DNA from: Atribacterota bacterium | GTDB taxonomy: Bacteria > Atribacterota > Phoenicimicrobiia > Phoenicimicrobiales > Stramentimicrobiaceae | Length of the DNA stretch: 64,000 nucleotides | Direction: 5' to 3' | NCBI GenBank assembly: GCA_040767965.1 | Contig: JAXGNR010000005.1 | Coordinates: forward strand, 1-64,000 | In this document: positions 19,923 to 30,756 of the stretch, one piece after another | How the letters are laid out: the number at the start of each line of letters is the position of its first letter | How positions within the stretch are numbered: position 1 is the first letter of the stretch | Program-made: the position numbers and the translations under genes | Notes under the pieces: model-generated | Seen by the model: the letters and a program-made list of their open reading frames with translations, nothing else | What the model was told of the DNA's origin: nothing | Database searches by the model: none

Positions 19923-20519
19923 ATGATGAACGATTTAAATTTAGGGGAGAAAAATGATAACAGGAAGTACGGTAGTCATGAAAAGGCTGCTATCATTCGG
20001 GCAATTCTCAGCTTAGGTGACCTTTCAGGCAAGTTAGATCCGTGGTTTCCTTTCCCGCAGAATTCCTGCTGCTTTCTTTTTGGTAAGGACAAGTTGCCTA
20101 TTCCGGTAGGCGCTCTTTTATATCTTTGGGATAATTGCCCTATGTTTACCGGAAAGTGCCCTAAATGTGGAGGAAAAACATATAGTTATTCTTTTGGCGG
20201 TCTTTTGAATGTCGGAGGTATTAATGGGTGTTGTATTGACTGTGGGGAAAGCGTCTGTAACCATATTGGTGGACTGGGAAGGCTCAGTATTGAGTTGAAA
20301 CCGGTTTTAAAGGAAATACCCTATTACATTAACGGGCTAATTTATGGTGGAACATATGAGGGAAAGAGGGGACCTCTGCTTAAGGCACTGAAAAAATTAG
20401 GAATCAAAGACCTTCCCGGTGAAGAGTGGGTTTTAGAGACCGAACTCTCGGCAGCTTCGCTGTCGGTTAAATCAGGTGATGGATATGAGAAGATGCCGCC
20501 GCTTATCATGAAAGGCTGA
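19923..20519 (+). CDS. Hypothetical Cys-rich Zn-ribbon-like protein under SAM-I control
   Basis: CPKC...CIDC; GGAG before ATG at 19923 (alternative in-frame ATG at 19911). Confidence 0.65.
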   Translation: MMNDLNLGEKNDNRKYGSHEKAAIIRAILSLGDLSGKLDPWFPFPQNSCCFLFGKDKLPIPVGALLYLWDNCPMFTGKCPKCGGKTYSYSFGGLLNVGGINGCCIDCGESVCNHIGGLGRLSIELKPVLKEIPYYINGLIYGGTYEGKRGPLLKALKKLGIKDLPGEEWVLETELSAASLSVKSGDGYEKMPPLIMKG

Positions 20520-21185
20520 TCAGTAGTATATATGAAAGGGTTAGAGGCTTCTCAAATTTACATTATTGCAAGCATTAATTACAATCAGCCTCAACCCTTT
20601 CTTAATTTTTATTTATTTTTAATTTATTGGTAGGAATTATGTAATATTGAATGGATGAATGAAGAAAATGAAAAAATTCCTGAACCGTTCGAATATAGAG
20701 GGGAAGGTTCTTCGTATCAAAGAAATTCAAAAGGACAAGCCTGGAAAAGTTATTTTTAAATCAATTTGAAATATTTTAAGAATTAACTTTTTTCCATTAT
20801 TCCAATTTTCCGGTAAAATCTTTTTTTGGGTTTGCCTGGATGAGATTGCTTCATTCTGCTGATGCAGAATTCGCAATGACAAAGAGAGGAGAGATATTTT
20901 AGGATAATGAATTCAAGGGGAGCAAGGGAGGATTAAAGGTCAGATACTGAAATATCAATTAGTATTTATAATTCACAACCCGGACCCACTAGATTTAAGA
21001 TTGACCATCTATTTTATTGATAATATAATAAACCATAATAAATCACTAAAATTCAAAATGAAATAAACGATTAAATTGAAATGAGAATATATTTTTGTTA
21101 AAAATAGCTGTGTAAACTTTATATTATTTTGCTAAACTATATTTTATATTTCATTCCATATTTTTAATGAATTGGTGTTGGACAA

Positions 21186-22488
21186 ATGAATCATGTCAAA
21201 AATAGTACTTCCATCTACTTAATTCGGGTAATTGTATTTGTCTTGTTCTTTTTTTTTATTTTTCAGGAGGTACACCTGCCAACATTCTGGCACAGGGATA
21301 TCTGGAGGACCAGGCTAAAGAAGGGGATTCTCTCTGGAAAATTGCCCGCCAATTTCAGTCATCGATACAGCAAGTTGCCCAAGTAAATAATGTCCAACAA
21401 GATCAACCACTATCCCGGGTCAATTAATAAAAATCCCCAAAAGTGAAGAGAATCAGTCTAACTCTAAGCAGTGTTGCTTCCAACAGTTATTCACACTGTA
21501 CAAAGAAGTGATAGTGATAGCATCTGGGATATTGCTCAACAGTATCGTTTATCACAAGAGCATATATCGTCAGTCAATGATTTAAACAAACCTGATGCTC
21601 TTTCCATTAACCAGTTAATCCAGTGATACCCATAGATGATACTAAAAAAGAGGAAGTAAAAAAGGAAGAAGAACAGCCCGATCTTTCTTTAAAGAAAGAT
21701 CAATTAAATTATCAGGAAGTGAGTACTAGCTTAAGGCAGGAATTTAAAGATTTGGTTAAAGAGGTTAATTATAAAGGCAGAGAGAGTGAAAATTTATGGA
21801 CTATTACTCAAAATTATCAGGTTTCTTTGAATGACCTTTCGCAGACAATTGATCAGAAATTAGAAAATCCTGCCAATGAATTGTCAACCGAACAAGAAAC
21901 AGGCACCACTGCCTCGGTTACACAAAGAGAAAAACCAAAAGGTGCTATCCACTATGTTCATGAAAGGAGAAACCCTGTGGCAAATTTCCCGAAAATACCA
22001 GGTAAGTGTACGGTCTATTGCCAGTGCCAATCAAATTTCTGAAAGCGGAAGAATTCTTGTGGGACAAAGACTCATTATACCCAATACCGGAAGTTCTTCG
22101 ATATCTTCCCGTTCTTTTATCTGGCCATTGAACGGGGCGTGTCACCTCTCAATTTGGAATCAGGACCCTGGGAAATAGACGTGACTACCATACCGGAATT
22201 GATATTGATGCCCAAACCGGAGCGTTAATAAAAGCTGCAGAAAGTGGTAAAGTAAGTTTTTCTGGATATATTAATGGATATGGCAATGTTGTTATTATTG
22301 ATCATGCTGGCGGCTATTCGACGGTTTATGCCCATAGTTCAAGTAATCTGGTGAAAGAAGGACAGGAGGTGACAAAAGGGGAAGTTATCTGCAAGTCAGG
22401 ATCTACCGGTAATGCTACCGGGTCTCACCTTCATTTTGAAATCAGAGAAAACGGTAAACCCGTTAATCCACTAGACTATCTGCCATAA
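21186..22488 (+). pseudogene. Multi-LysM + M23 metallopeptidase, multiply frameshifted
   Basis: LysM pieces (KGETLWQISRKYQV, IWDIAQQY) and M23 HTGIDI..YAH..HLHFEIR..PVNPLDYLP spread over several frames. Confidence 0.85.
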
Positions 22489-22937
22489 AAAGAAATAAAA
22501 TGATACAACGGTTCATTGCATCAGAAAATTAAAGAGGGCTGGTCTGGAAAAGTTATTTTTCAATCCAGATTTATATCATGGTTAGCATAAATTGCTGGTA
22601 ATTATGCAAATTATTACCCTGATAATTACATTTCTGATGTCTGTAATTAATTTAATTAACAAAATTATATGGATATTTGATATTTCATATCATTTACCCT
22701 GAAATATCCTGATGATTGATAAAAATATTTGACATTGGCCTTTTAGCAAAGTTGTCAAAGGGACGGTTCTTTTGACAATGTTGGCAGAGCTAATAATATA
22801 TAAAATACATCTAAATGTAACCACTGAACCACTAAATAAATTCAAGATAATAGATAATAAAATAAAGAAGTATATTATTAATTATTTAAAGCGGTCCATA
22901 ATCACTCTGTGGACTAAATGTACAAAAAGATGGAAAA

Positions 22938-23321
22938 ATGGCAAAACTATACCAGGTGAAGTTAGCAGTAAAAGCACTAAAAAAATTGGAGGTAAACTAT
23001 GAAAACTCATTAGGCCTACCCCTACGGATGTTTTGTTTTGCTTGGGTAGGGAGGAGATTGTGACTATCACGAAACATGGAAATAAATTAAAGCGTCTTAT
23101 GTTGGGGTGGCAGTTAGGGCAAGTGAATTTTCAGATTTACCCGGATGTGTTGGCGCAGGCGATACTGACCAAGAGGAAGTTACTAAGGTCATGGGTGCTA
23201 AAAAGCATGGGTTGAAACAGCCATGGAAGAGGGAAGGGAAATCTCGAAGCCAAATAACATTGATGAAGATAACTTTAATGGATGGACAGTTTATTTTGTC
23301 CATCTTATGCATAGTATTTAG
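22938..23321 (+). pseudogene. Degenerate HicB (with possible HicA remnant)
   Basis: EFSDLPGCVGAGDT..EEV and, in another frame, AWVETAMEEGREISKP; upstream AVKALKKIG is HicA-like. Confidence 0.6.
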
Positions 23322-23784
23322 CAGTTAGTATTTGGTATTTACTAGAAATAACGATGAAAATTTGGAGTGAAATATGGTGCACTTTTCGGTTGGGAAAAGT
23401 ACAATAGAAGCAATGTGGTAATTTTTCAATAATGGGATAGTAGGTTAATTTAAAAAATCCAAGTCTAGTTATAGATCATGTATTTCTTTATCATTCTTAC
23501 ATTTTTCCAATTATCCAATAAAATAATTTACTTGTGGGCATAAGTGGATGAGATTGCCGCGCCAATTAAAATTGGTTCGCAATGACAAGAGAAGATGGAA
23601 ATAAGTGGGTGATACTGCTTCGCCTCCACCTTAAACCTCCCTCTTCGGTAACTTTTTCCAGCTTCTCATAAGTAATGTTAATGGGGTCAGGTCTCAAAGC
23701 CCAAAGTTGTTTTCTAATAATAAAGTTTCTGTTATGATTATAAAAAACATAAGAGGTATTTTAGATAAGATTGAGGCAATAAAG

Positions 23785-24195
23785 ATGAAATTATTAATGA
23801 TTTATGCAGATGAATTTAATTACAAAACCAGCAATAAAACATTAGATATGGTAGAAGAGTATCAACAAAGTAAGCTAATAAAAGATACCCTGGTCGGATT
23901 TATTCAAGTTGAAAAAGAAGACGAAGAACAGATGGAAAAAGTGGAAACTAAGTTGGTTAAAAATTTAAAATGGGCTGCAAAAAAGAACAATACCAACAAT
24001 ATTGTACTACATTCTTTTGCCCATCTATCGTTAAGCAAAGCTGAGCCAAAGGTTACTATAAAAATATTTAACAATGCAGAACAAAGACTGGCAGATGCAG
24101 GTTATTGTGCTTCCCAAACTCCTTTTGGCTATTTTCTTGACCTTGACTTGAAAGCTCCAGGAAGATCTTTAGCCAGAGTTTTTAAGGAATTCTAG
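23785..24195 (+). CDS. Free-standing archaeal-type threonyl-tRNA synthetase editing domain protein
   Basis: MKLLMIYADEF..FIQVEKED..IVLHSFAHLS.SKA.P..TPFGYF. Confidence 0.85.
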   Translation: MKLLMIYADEFNYKTSNKTLDMVEEYQQSKLIKDTLVGFIQVEKEDEEQMEKVETKLVKNLKWAAKKNNTNNIVLHSFAHLSLSKAEPKVTIKIFNNAEQRLADAGYCASQTPFGYFLDLDLKAPGRSLARVFKEF

Positions 24196-24255
24196 GAACA
24201 AAGATAGTTTTTCTAGTCCTATTATATTAGTAATATACTCTAATTAATTGGGAAA

Positions 24256-25907
24256 ATGAAATTAACTCTTGAAGATATCAGAAACTTATGTACTGAAAGT
24301 TCTTTTGAACGAGGGATTCAATATTTTAAAATGGGCAAGGTAAACAGTTTAGAACAATTGGATAACAAGATTACCGCGATTGTTCAGGGTGAGTATGATT
24401 ATCAGGTAACAATCTATAATGATAATAAAAAAATTACAGCTGACTGTACCTGCCCTTATGACTGGGGAGGTTATTGTAAGCATATTATAGCAACCCTGAT
24501 TGCTTTGCTTATGAATGGGGAAGAGAATATAATTAAAAAATCTAAAACTGAAGATAAATCCGAAGTAATTTTAAATAACTTATCTCTGGATGAAATAAAA
24601 GAGTTTTTGAAAATAGAATTTAATGATAATCCTGCATTAAAAGAAAACTTTGTCATACACTTTTCAGGAAAAAGTTCAAAAGAAAGAAACTTATTAGATT
24701 ATAAAAAAGAAATTAATCAGTCTTTTCGGGAAATAAGTGACCGCCATGGATTTATAAAATACGGAATAAATGTTGATTTTTTTGAATTTCATGATTTAGC
24801 TTATCGTTTTGAAAAAGCTGGGAATATTCTGGAAGCAGCTACAATCTATCAGGCATTATCAGAAGTCGTGGCAGAAAATATGGATAATGTTGATGACTCT
24901 GATGGATACTATGGTGATAAATTTGTTTCTGCTATTGACGATATGGCACACTGTATCACAAAAGCAGAGTTGAAGCCTGCTGAAAAAAAGAAGTATATTA
25001 AATACTTTTTTGATAAATATGTTGAAAATGAACCAGATTATTTCCGTGAATATTATGGGTATGCTTTAATAGAAATATGTCATTTAGAGGATGATTTGAA
25101 GTATTGGAAAAAATTACTTGCACCATACATTCCCAAGAAAATTCCTGATAATAAGAGCTGGTCTGAATATTATGAGGCAATTGAATGGATAAGAATGCAA
25201 TTGCACATTTTGGATGCACTGAACGAGAAAGAGGAATTCTATCTATTAATTAAGAGCTGTTATCAAAAAAATCATGAACTTTGTCTTTATTACGCTTCTC
25301 GTTTAGCAAAAGATGGTCAGAATAAAGAAGCAGTCAAAGTTGCGGAAGAAGGCCTTACTTTGTTTCCTCCTCATTTAACCAGGATATTCTTAAATTTTTA
25401 AATCAGTATTATAAAAAAGATTCCCTGGAGAAATACAAAGGGAATCTTATTAATATTTTTATTCAAGATAGAGACTGAATGACTATGAAAAGTTAAAAGA
25501 AATTTGTTCAAAAGAAGAATGGAAAGAGCAAATACTCCCTATTCTAATAGAAAGATTATCAAAAGATACCATTGGCAGAAATATTCTCATTGACCTATAT
25601 ATAAAAGAGAATATGCTCCAACAGGCATTACAAAGAGCAATTTCCAATGAGAGCCTTTTTACCTTTAGTTTTTACTATCAGGTATTTGCAGAAAAATATC
25701 CGGCAATATATTTTCACGCTTATCAAGAGTTAATCATTCCTTTTGCTGATTCTAGAATGGGAAGGCCACACTATAGGGAAATTGTTAAATATTTAAAAGA
25801 GATGAAAAAAATCAAGGGTTTTGAGGAAGAATTTAATAGATTAATAATATTGCTCAGAACTAAATATGCAAATAGACCTGCTTTTGGATGAGCTGAAATA
25901 CTTTTAA
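24256..25907 (+). CDS. SWIM zinc-finger protein with helical repeats (frameshifted near 25390, 25477, 25885)
   Basis: CTCPY..GYCKHIIA; downstream frames continue to YREIVKYL..YANRPAF. Confidence 0.8.
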
Positions 25908-26110
25908 GATATATTTATATTTACTATCACTTTTTTAGTAGTAAAAAAGCATTTCTAATTTGGGCGTAAGTGCATGAGAATGCTTTGTCTTTTTGCTTTT
26001 CGCAGTGACAAAAAAATAGTCTACCATTCTACCAGTCAAGGTAGTTTTAATTTGCGAGTATTACGTATTTCATTTAAAATAAGTTGTCAAAAGAACCGTC
26101 CCTTTGACAA

Positions 26111-26297
26111 TTGGGGTAAACTTAAAGTTTCAGGCCTGATTGATAATTTTAAACTAAAAGAAATAAATCTGGCACCCCGAAAAGGCGAAGACAAAATAAT
26201 TTCAATTAACAAAGAAATCAGAAACTCAATAGGTAAAGGTGCCGGGGATAAAGTTAAAGTAACATTATACCTGTATATTCCTGATAGGAATTTGTAA
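26111..26297 (+). pseudogene. 5'-truncated DUF1905-like fragment
   Basis: GKLKVSGLID..LAP..INKEIR.SIGKGAGDKVKVTL; starts directly after a family A repeat. Confidence 0.65.
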
Positions 26298-26526
26298 AGC
26301 TCTAATCTAATACTAACAGAACCAGATGACCTAATCCCTTTAATGAGATGATTATACCAAAAATGTCCACACATTCAAGGCTATTGTCAAAGACAATTTT
26401 CCCTGACTATTGAAATCATAAAAACACTTTTTTACAAATGATATATGATGTGTTGGATAAAGAAATAGATTGCATATTCTGGCAGGATTCTTCTCCATTA
26501 ACTAGTAAATTTATATACGAAATTTG

Positions 26527-26592
26527 TTGACATAAATACATTTAAGATGATATTATTTTTGAAAGTGGCCTTACCATCAAACAACCTTACCA
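26527..26592 (+). promoter_or_regulatory. sigma70 promoter and FadR/GntR-like operator
   Basis: TTGACA..TATTAT; TGGCCTTACCA followed by a repeated CCTTACCA. Confidence 0.5.
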
Positions 26593-26638
26593 ATAATTAT
26601 TATTCTACAAGATATTAGAATTTAATCAGAGGAATAAT

Positions 26639-27328
26639 ATGGCTTTTGAAAAAATACAAAAAGAATCTGCTTTAGATAAAATAATTTCTCAAATCAAAGA
26701 CCAGATTAATAGTGGAGATTTAAAACCTGGTGATAAATTACCAACTGAGAGAAAACTTGCTGAATTATTAGGAGTAAGTCGAGCGGTTGTAAGGGAAGCG
26801 GTTCAGGCTCTATCATTTTCTGGTTATCTGGAAGTTATCCAGAGCAAAGGGATTTATGTAACTGATTTATCTATAAAATATGATGAAATTGTTAATTTTT
26901 TTTCGAATATCAAAGACTACTCCCTTGAGTATCTTATGGAAACAAGAATTATGCTTGAGAGCGAGTTCGCAAGATATGCAACTTTAAATGCAAACAAAAA
27001 TGAAATAAGAAAAATTGAAAATATATATAATAAAATTGTTTTATCAAAAAATACATCTAATGAATATTTCATTAAAGACCTGGAGTTCCATATATATTTA
27101 GCCAAGATGACTCATAACCCATTAATGTATGAAATCATGAAAGTTTTTGGTGAAATGATCTATAAAGAGACTCAACGTTTTATCGAAGATTCAACGAAAA
27201 CCAAAGAGCATACTATTAACACGCTAGGAAGCTTGGTGCAGGCAATTAAAGAAAGAAAGGCAGAAACAGCAAAACAATTAATGATTGAACATATAAATAA
27301 TATTAAAGCATCTTTGGAACAGAAATAG
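26639..27328 (+). CDS. FadR/GntR family regulator
   Basis: PGDKLPTERKLAELLGVSRAVVREA; FCD domain D.EFH..LA..THN. Confidence 0.95.
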   Translation: MAFEKIQKESALDKIISQIKDQINSGDLKPGDKLPTERKLAELLGVSRAVVREAVQALSFSGYLEVIQSKGIYVTDLSIKYDEIVNFFSNIKDYSLEYLMETRIMLESEFARYATLNANKNEIRKIENIYNKIVLSKNTSNEYFIKDLEFHIYLAKMTHNPLMYEIMKVFGEMIYKETQRFIEDSTKTKEHTINTLGSLVQAIKERKAETAKQLMIEHINNIKASLEQK

Positions 27329-27761
27329 TATTGTGATTAAAGATTTAACCTTTTTTCTTTTAGATAATTTTCATAATTTAAAAAATTGAATTGGTTATTA
27401 ACTAAAATTAATTGCACTAGATTTTGTTCTTTGACAAAGATAGCCTGATGATTTATTCTCCACTTTATCTCCTTTAAACATTTCTCTTTCCTTTAAGCAA
27501 TACTCATTTGCCATAGCTGGCAGAGAATACAAGAAGAAACATTGTTATTTTATCATAAAATTCAGGATAAATAGATTAATCCCTGACAAGTAATAACTTT
27601 AATTTCTATACTGAAAGCTCAAACATTTATTTTTTGTTGTACTGTTGTGTCTTAGAAATGTACTGAAAATAAAATAAATATAGGGGGTGGTTACTTTATA
27701 GAAAAAGGAGGTCTCGGAAATAATTTAGTATTAATTCAAAAATAAAGGAGTATAAATTAAT

Positions 27762-28805
27762 ATGTTCACAAAAAAATTAAGTATGGTATTTTTTGCTGTT
27801 ATTTTGGTGTTGGTATTTTCTATGATAAGTTTGGCACAGAATCCTATTGTCATCAAACTATCACATGGTGATACAGCTGATGGCTCCTGGGGTACTTGTG
27901 ATAATGGAGCAGTAACCTTTAAACGTTTGGTAGAATCTCGTTCAGACGGAAGAATTAAAGTTGAAATTTATCCCAATTGTCAGCTTGGCTCAGAAAGAGA
28001 AATGGAAGAAAGCGTGATGATGGGAACTACACAAGCAACCTGGTGTTCTACACCTGATTATGCTGGTTGGATTCCTGAGATTGGTATTTTGAACATTCCT
28101 TACTTATTTGATACTGCAGTAGTTGCTTTTAAGGTAATGGATGGAGATTTCGGTCGTGAATTTAATGAATTCATGATTGAAAAAACAGGCATCAGATTTC
28201 TTGGCTATGGCCATATTGGTTTTAGAAATTTTACCAATAATGTCAGACCTATTAGAACTCCGGCGGATATGGTGGGTTTAAAAATAAGAACTCAGGAAAA
28301 TCCAGTTGCAATGCAAATGGTTAAAGCCCTTGGTGCCTCACCAACTCCAATTGCCTGGGGAGAACTTTATACATCTCTTCAACAAGGTGTTGTAGATGGT
28401 GAAGAAAATCCAACTTCTATGATTCAGGTTGCCAAGCTATATGAAGTACAAAAGTATTTAACAATGGATGGACATACTTTTGGAATAAATCCTCTTGCAA
28501 TCAACGAAAAGTTTTATCAATCTTTACCTGATGATTTAAAGTATATTGTTGCTGATTCAGGGAGAATTGCCTGCATAGCCTACAGAGGGTTATTGGAGTA
28601 TGGAAATGGACTTGATATTGATGACTTGACCCAGAAAGGAATGGAAATATATTTCCCAACACCTGATGAAATAGCTCTTTTCAAAGAAGCTACCCAGGAA
28701 CCTGTTATAGAGTGGCTAGCAGGGCAAATTGGAAGAGAATGGATTGATAAGCTGCTTAATGCTATCGAAGAAGCAAAGGCAGAATATTATTTAGAAATTG
28801 AATAG
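27762..28805 (+). CDS. dctP: TRAP transporter substrate-binding protein
   Basis: YPNCQLGSER; GFRNF..PIRTPADMVGLKIR; GELYTSLQQGVVDGEEN. Confidence 0.95.
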   Translation: MFTKKLSMVFFAVILVLVFSMISLAQNPIVIKLSHGDTADGSWGTCDNGAVTFKRLVESRSDGRIKVEIYPNCQLGSEREMEESVMMGTTQATWCSTPDYAGWIPEIGILNIPYLFDTAVVAFKVMDGDFGREFNEFMIEKTGIRFLGYGHIGFRNFTNNVRPIRTPADMVGLKIRTQENPVAMQMVKALGASPTPIAWGELYTSLQQGVVDGEENPTSMIQVAKLYEVQKYLTMDGHTFGINPLAINEKFYQSLPDDLKYIVADSGRIACIAYRGLLEYGNGLDIDDLTQKGMEIYFPTPDEIALFKEATQEPVIEWLAGQIGREWIDKLLNAIEEAKAEYYLEIE

Positions 28806-28855
28806 TAAATAAATTATTAACATGGCTTATAATTTAGCAAGATTTTGAGTAAAAG

Positions 28856-28926
28856 TGAATGGTTGTAGTAGAGCAGATTTTAAGAGTATCCATTATTCAA
28901 AATATCTCTTCTACTACAATCATTCA
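28856..28926 (+). other. Long intergenic stem-loop after dctP (mRNA stabiliser or attenuator)
   Basis: TGAATGGTTGTAGTAG ... CTACTACAATCATTCA. Confidence 0.6.
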
Positions 28927-28953
28927 ATATATTTTTATACAAAAGGATAAGAT

Positions 28954-29496
28954 ATGATTGAGACAAATAAACACACTAAAAAGAGTATTTTATGGGGATT
29001 AAGCTGGTTAAGTGATAAATTAAATTCCATTTCTATTATTTTAGTTGTTGCTTTAATGCTTTCAATGACAATCATAGTCCTGGCCCAGGTTTTCTCAAGA
29101 TATATATTAAAAAATTCTATAACCTGGTCAGAAGAAATTGCCCGCTGGTTAATGATTTGGATCTGCTTTTTAGGTTCAGGTATTGCAGTAAAATATAGCC
29201 AGCATATTGGGCTCAGCTTTATTGTTGATAGATTAAATAAAAAAGTACAAAATATTTTTTCTCTCTTGACCAATACAGGGATCTTAATTTTTTTATATTT
29301 TTGTATTTTAAAAAGCTTTACTTTAACTCAATTTGTAATTAATCAAAAAACAGCAGCAGCACAAATTAGTATGGCTTGGCCTTATTCATCAGTTCCCATA
29401 GGATGCATGATCATGCTTGTGCATATTATTGTAATAATTTTTGAAAATCTTAAAAATATTTTTGGTAAGAATTTTAGTAAGGAAGAAATAAACTAA
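28954..29496 (+). CDS. dctQ: TRAP small permease
   Basis: QVFSRY..WSEEIARWLMIW..FLG..HI. Confidence 0.92.
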   Translation: MIETNKHTKKSILWGLSWLSDKLNSISIILVVALMLSMTIIVLAQVFSRYILKNSITWSEEIARWLMIWICFLGSGIAVKYSQHIGLSFIVDRLNKKVQNIFSLLTNTGILIFLYFCILKSFTLTQFVINQKTAAAQISMAWPYSSVPIGCMIMLVHIIVIIFENLKNIFGKNFSKEEIN

Positions 29497-29530
29497 TAAC
29501 AAATATTAAATAATTTAAACATAACAAATA

Positions 29531-30556
29531 ATGCAAAGTGATTACATTGGGAGGATTAAATATACTATGATCGAAACAAAAAAGAACTGGAATATTTTCA
29601 TCACAGATTCTGAGTCCAAATCTGTAGACATTGAAATTGATAGGGCAAAAGAGATAAATGCTATTGTAAATCGAGGTAATTGTACTTCAGAAAAAGAAGT
29701 CATTGAATCGGGCAGATTGGCTGATGCTTTGCTGGTAGACCTGGCACCAATTACTGAAATGGTAATTAATAGTTTAGAAAATTGTAAAGTTATTGTCCGG
29801 TATGGTATAGGATTGGATAATGTGGATGTTGCTGCAGCTACCAGAAAAGGGATACCTGTAGTTAACTTTCCTACTTTTTGCATTCATGAAGTTTCAACAC
29901 ACGCTGTAGCAATGACTTTATCTTTAATAAGAAAATTGCTTCAATATACGCAGGATGTTAAGTCCGGGTTGTGGGATTTTCAGAGACAATTACCAATTAC
30001 AGATCTCAGAAATTGCAAAATTGGTGTACTTGGTTTTGGAAATATTGGCCAGCTTTATATTGAAAAGACCAAAGCATTCGGGGTAGAGCATTTAGTTTGC
30101 GATCCTTATGTTAAAAAAGATATTATCGAGAGAGCTGGAGTCAAACCTGTTTCTTTTGCAGAACTCTTAACTAATTCTGATGTAATCTCAATTCATACTT
30201 CCCTGAACAAGGAAACAAAACATCTTTTTGGAGAAGAAGAGTTTAAAAAAATGAAAAACACTGCCTTAATTATTAACACTGCACGAGGAGGGATAATTGA
30301 TGAAGAAGCTCTTTATAGAGCACTGAAAGAAGGCTGGATTGCAGGAGCAGCACTTGATTCTTTGGAAGAAGAACCTCCATTGAAGAGCAATCCTTTATTT
30401 CGTTTATCTAATGTAATTCTTACTCCTCATGTGGCGTTTTATTCAGAAACATCATTAAAAAATCTGCATCTATGGGCAATTGAAGCAGTTATCAATGTTT
30501 ATAAAAACAAGAAACCAGAACATTTAGTTAATAGTGAAATTTGGGGTAAAAATTAA
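29531..30556 (+). CDS. D-2-hydroxyacid dehydrogenase (CtBP/PGDH-like)
   Basis: RYGIGLDNVD; GFGNIG; INTARGG; LTPHVAFYS. Confidence 0.92.
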   Translation: MQSDYIGRIKYTMIETKKNWNIFITDSESKSVDIEIDRAKEINAIVNRGNCTSEKEVIESGRLADALLVDLAPITEMVINSLENCKVIVRYGIGLDNVDVAAATRKGIPVVNFPTFCIHEVSTHAVAMTLSLIRKLLQYTQDVKSGLWDFQRQLPITDLRNCKIGVLGFGNIGQLYIEKTKAFGVEHLVCDPYVKKDIIERAGVKPVSFAELLTNSDVISIHTSLNKETKHLFGEEEFKKMKNTALIINTARGGIIDEEALYRALKEGWIAGAALDSLEEEPPLKSNPLFRLSNVILTPHVAFYSETSLKNLHLWAIEAVINVYKNKKPEHLVNSEIWGKN

Positions 30557-30756
30557 TAAATCATTTTGAATACATTAACCTAATTAATTAGTTAAAAAAT
30601 AAGGTTCTTGTTTGAAATTTGGACGATAGGTGAATTTATTTTGTTTGTGTATTTTAGATAGAGGCAGTAGTTATAGTTATATAGACAAAAGATATTTTTA
30701 GTTAGTTTGAAAATATTTTTTGGTATAAACAAGATTTTAAGAAGGAGTATTATTAG

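Noticed and set aside
25465-25490. In-frame TGA suggesting selenocysteine or recoding in the SWIM gene
   Set aside because: Better explained by loss of one G from TGG; the frame also shifts, and TGA is a normal stop elsewhere
17451-26012. CRISPR array or integron attC sites
   Set aside because: Repeats are kilobases apart with no regular spacers, lack RYYYAAC/GTTRRRY ends, and no cas or intI gene is present
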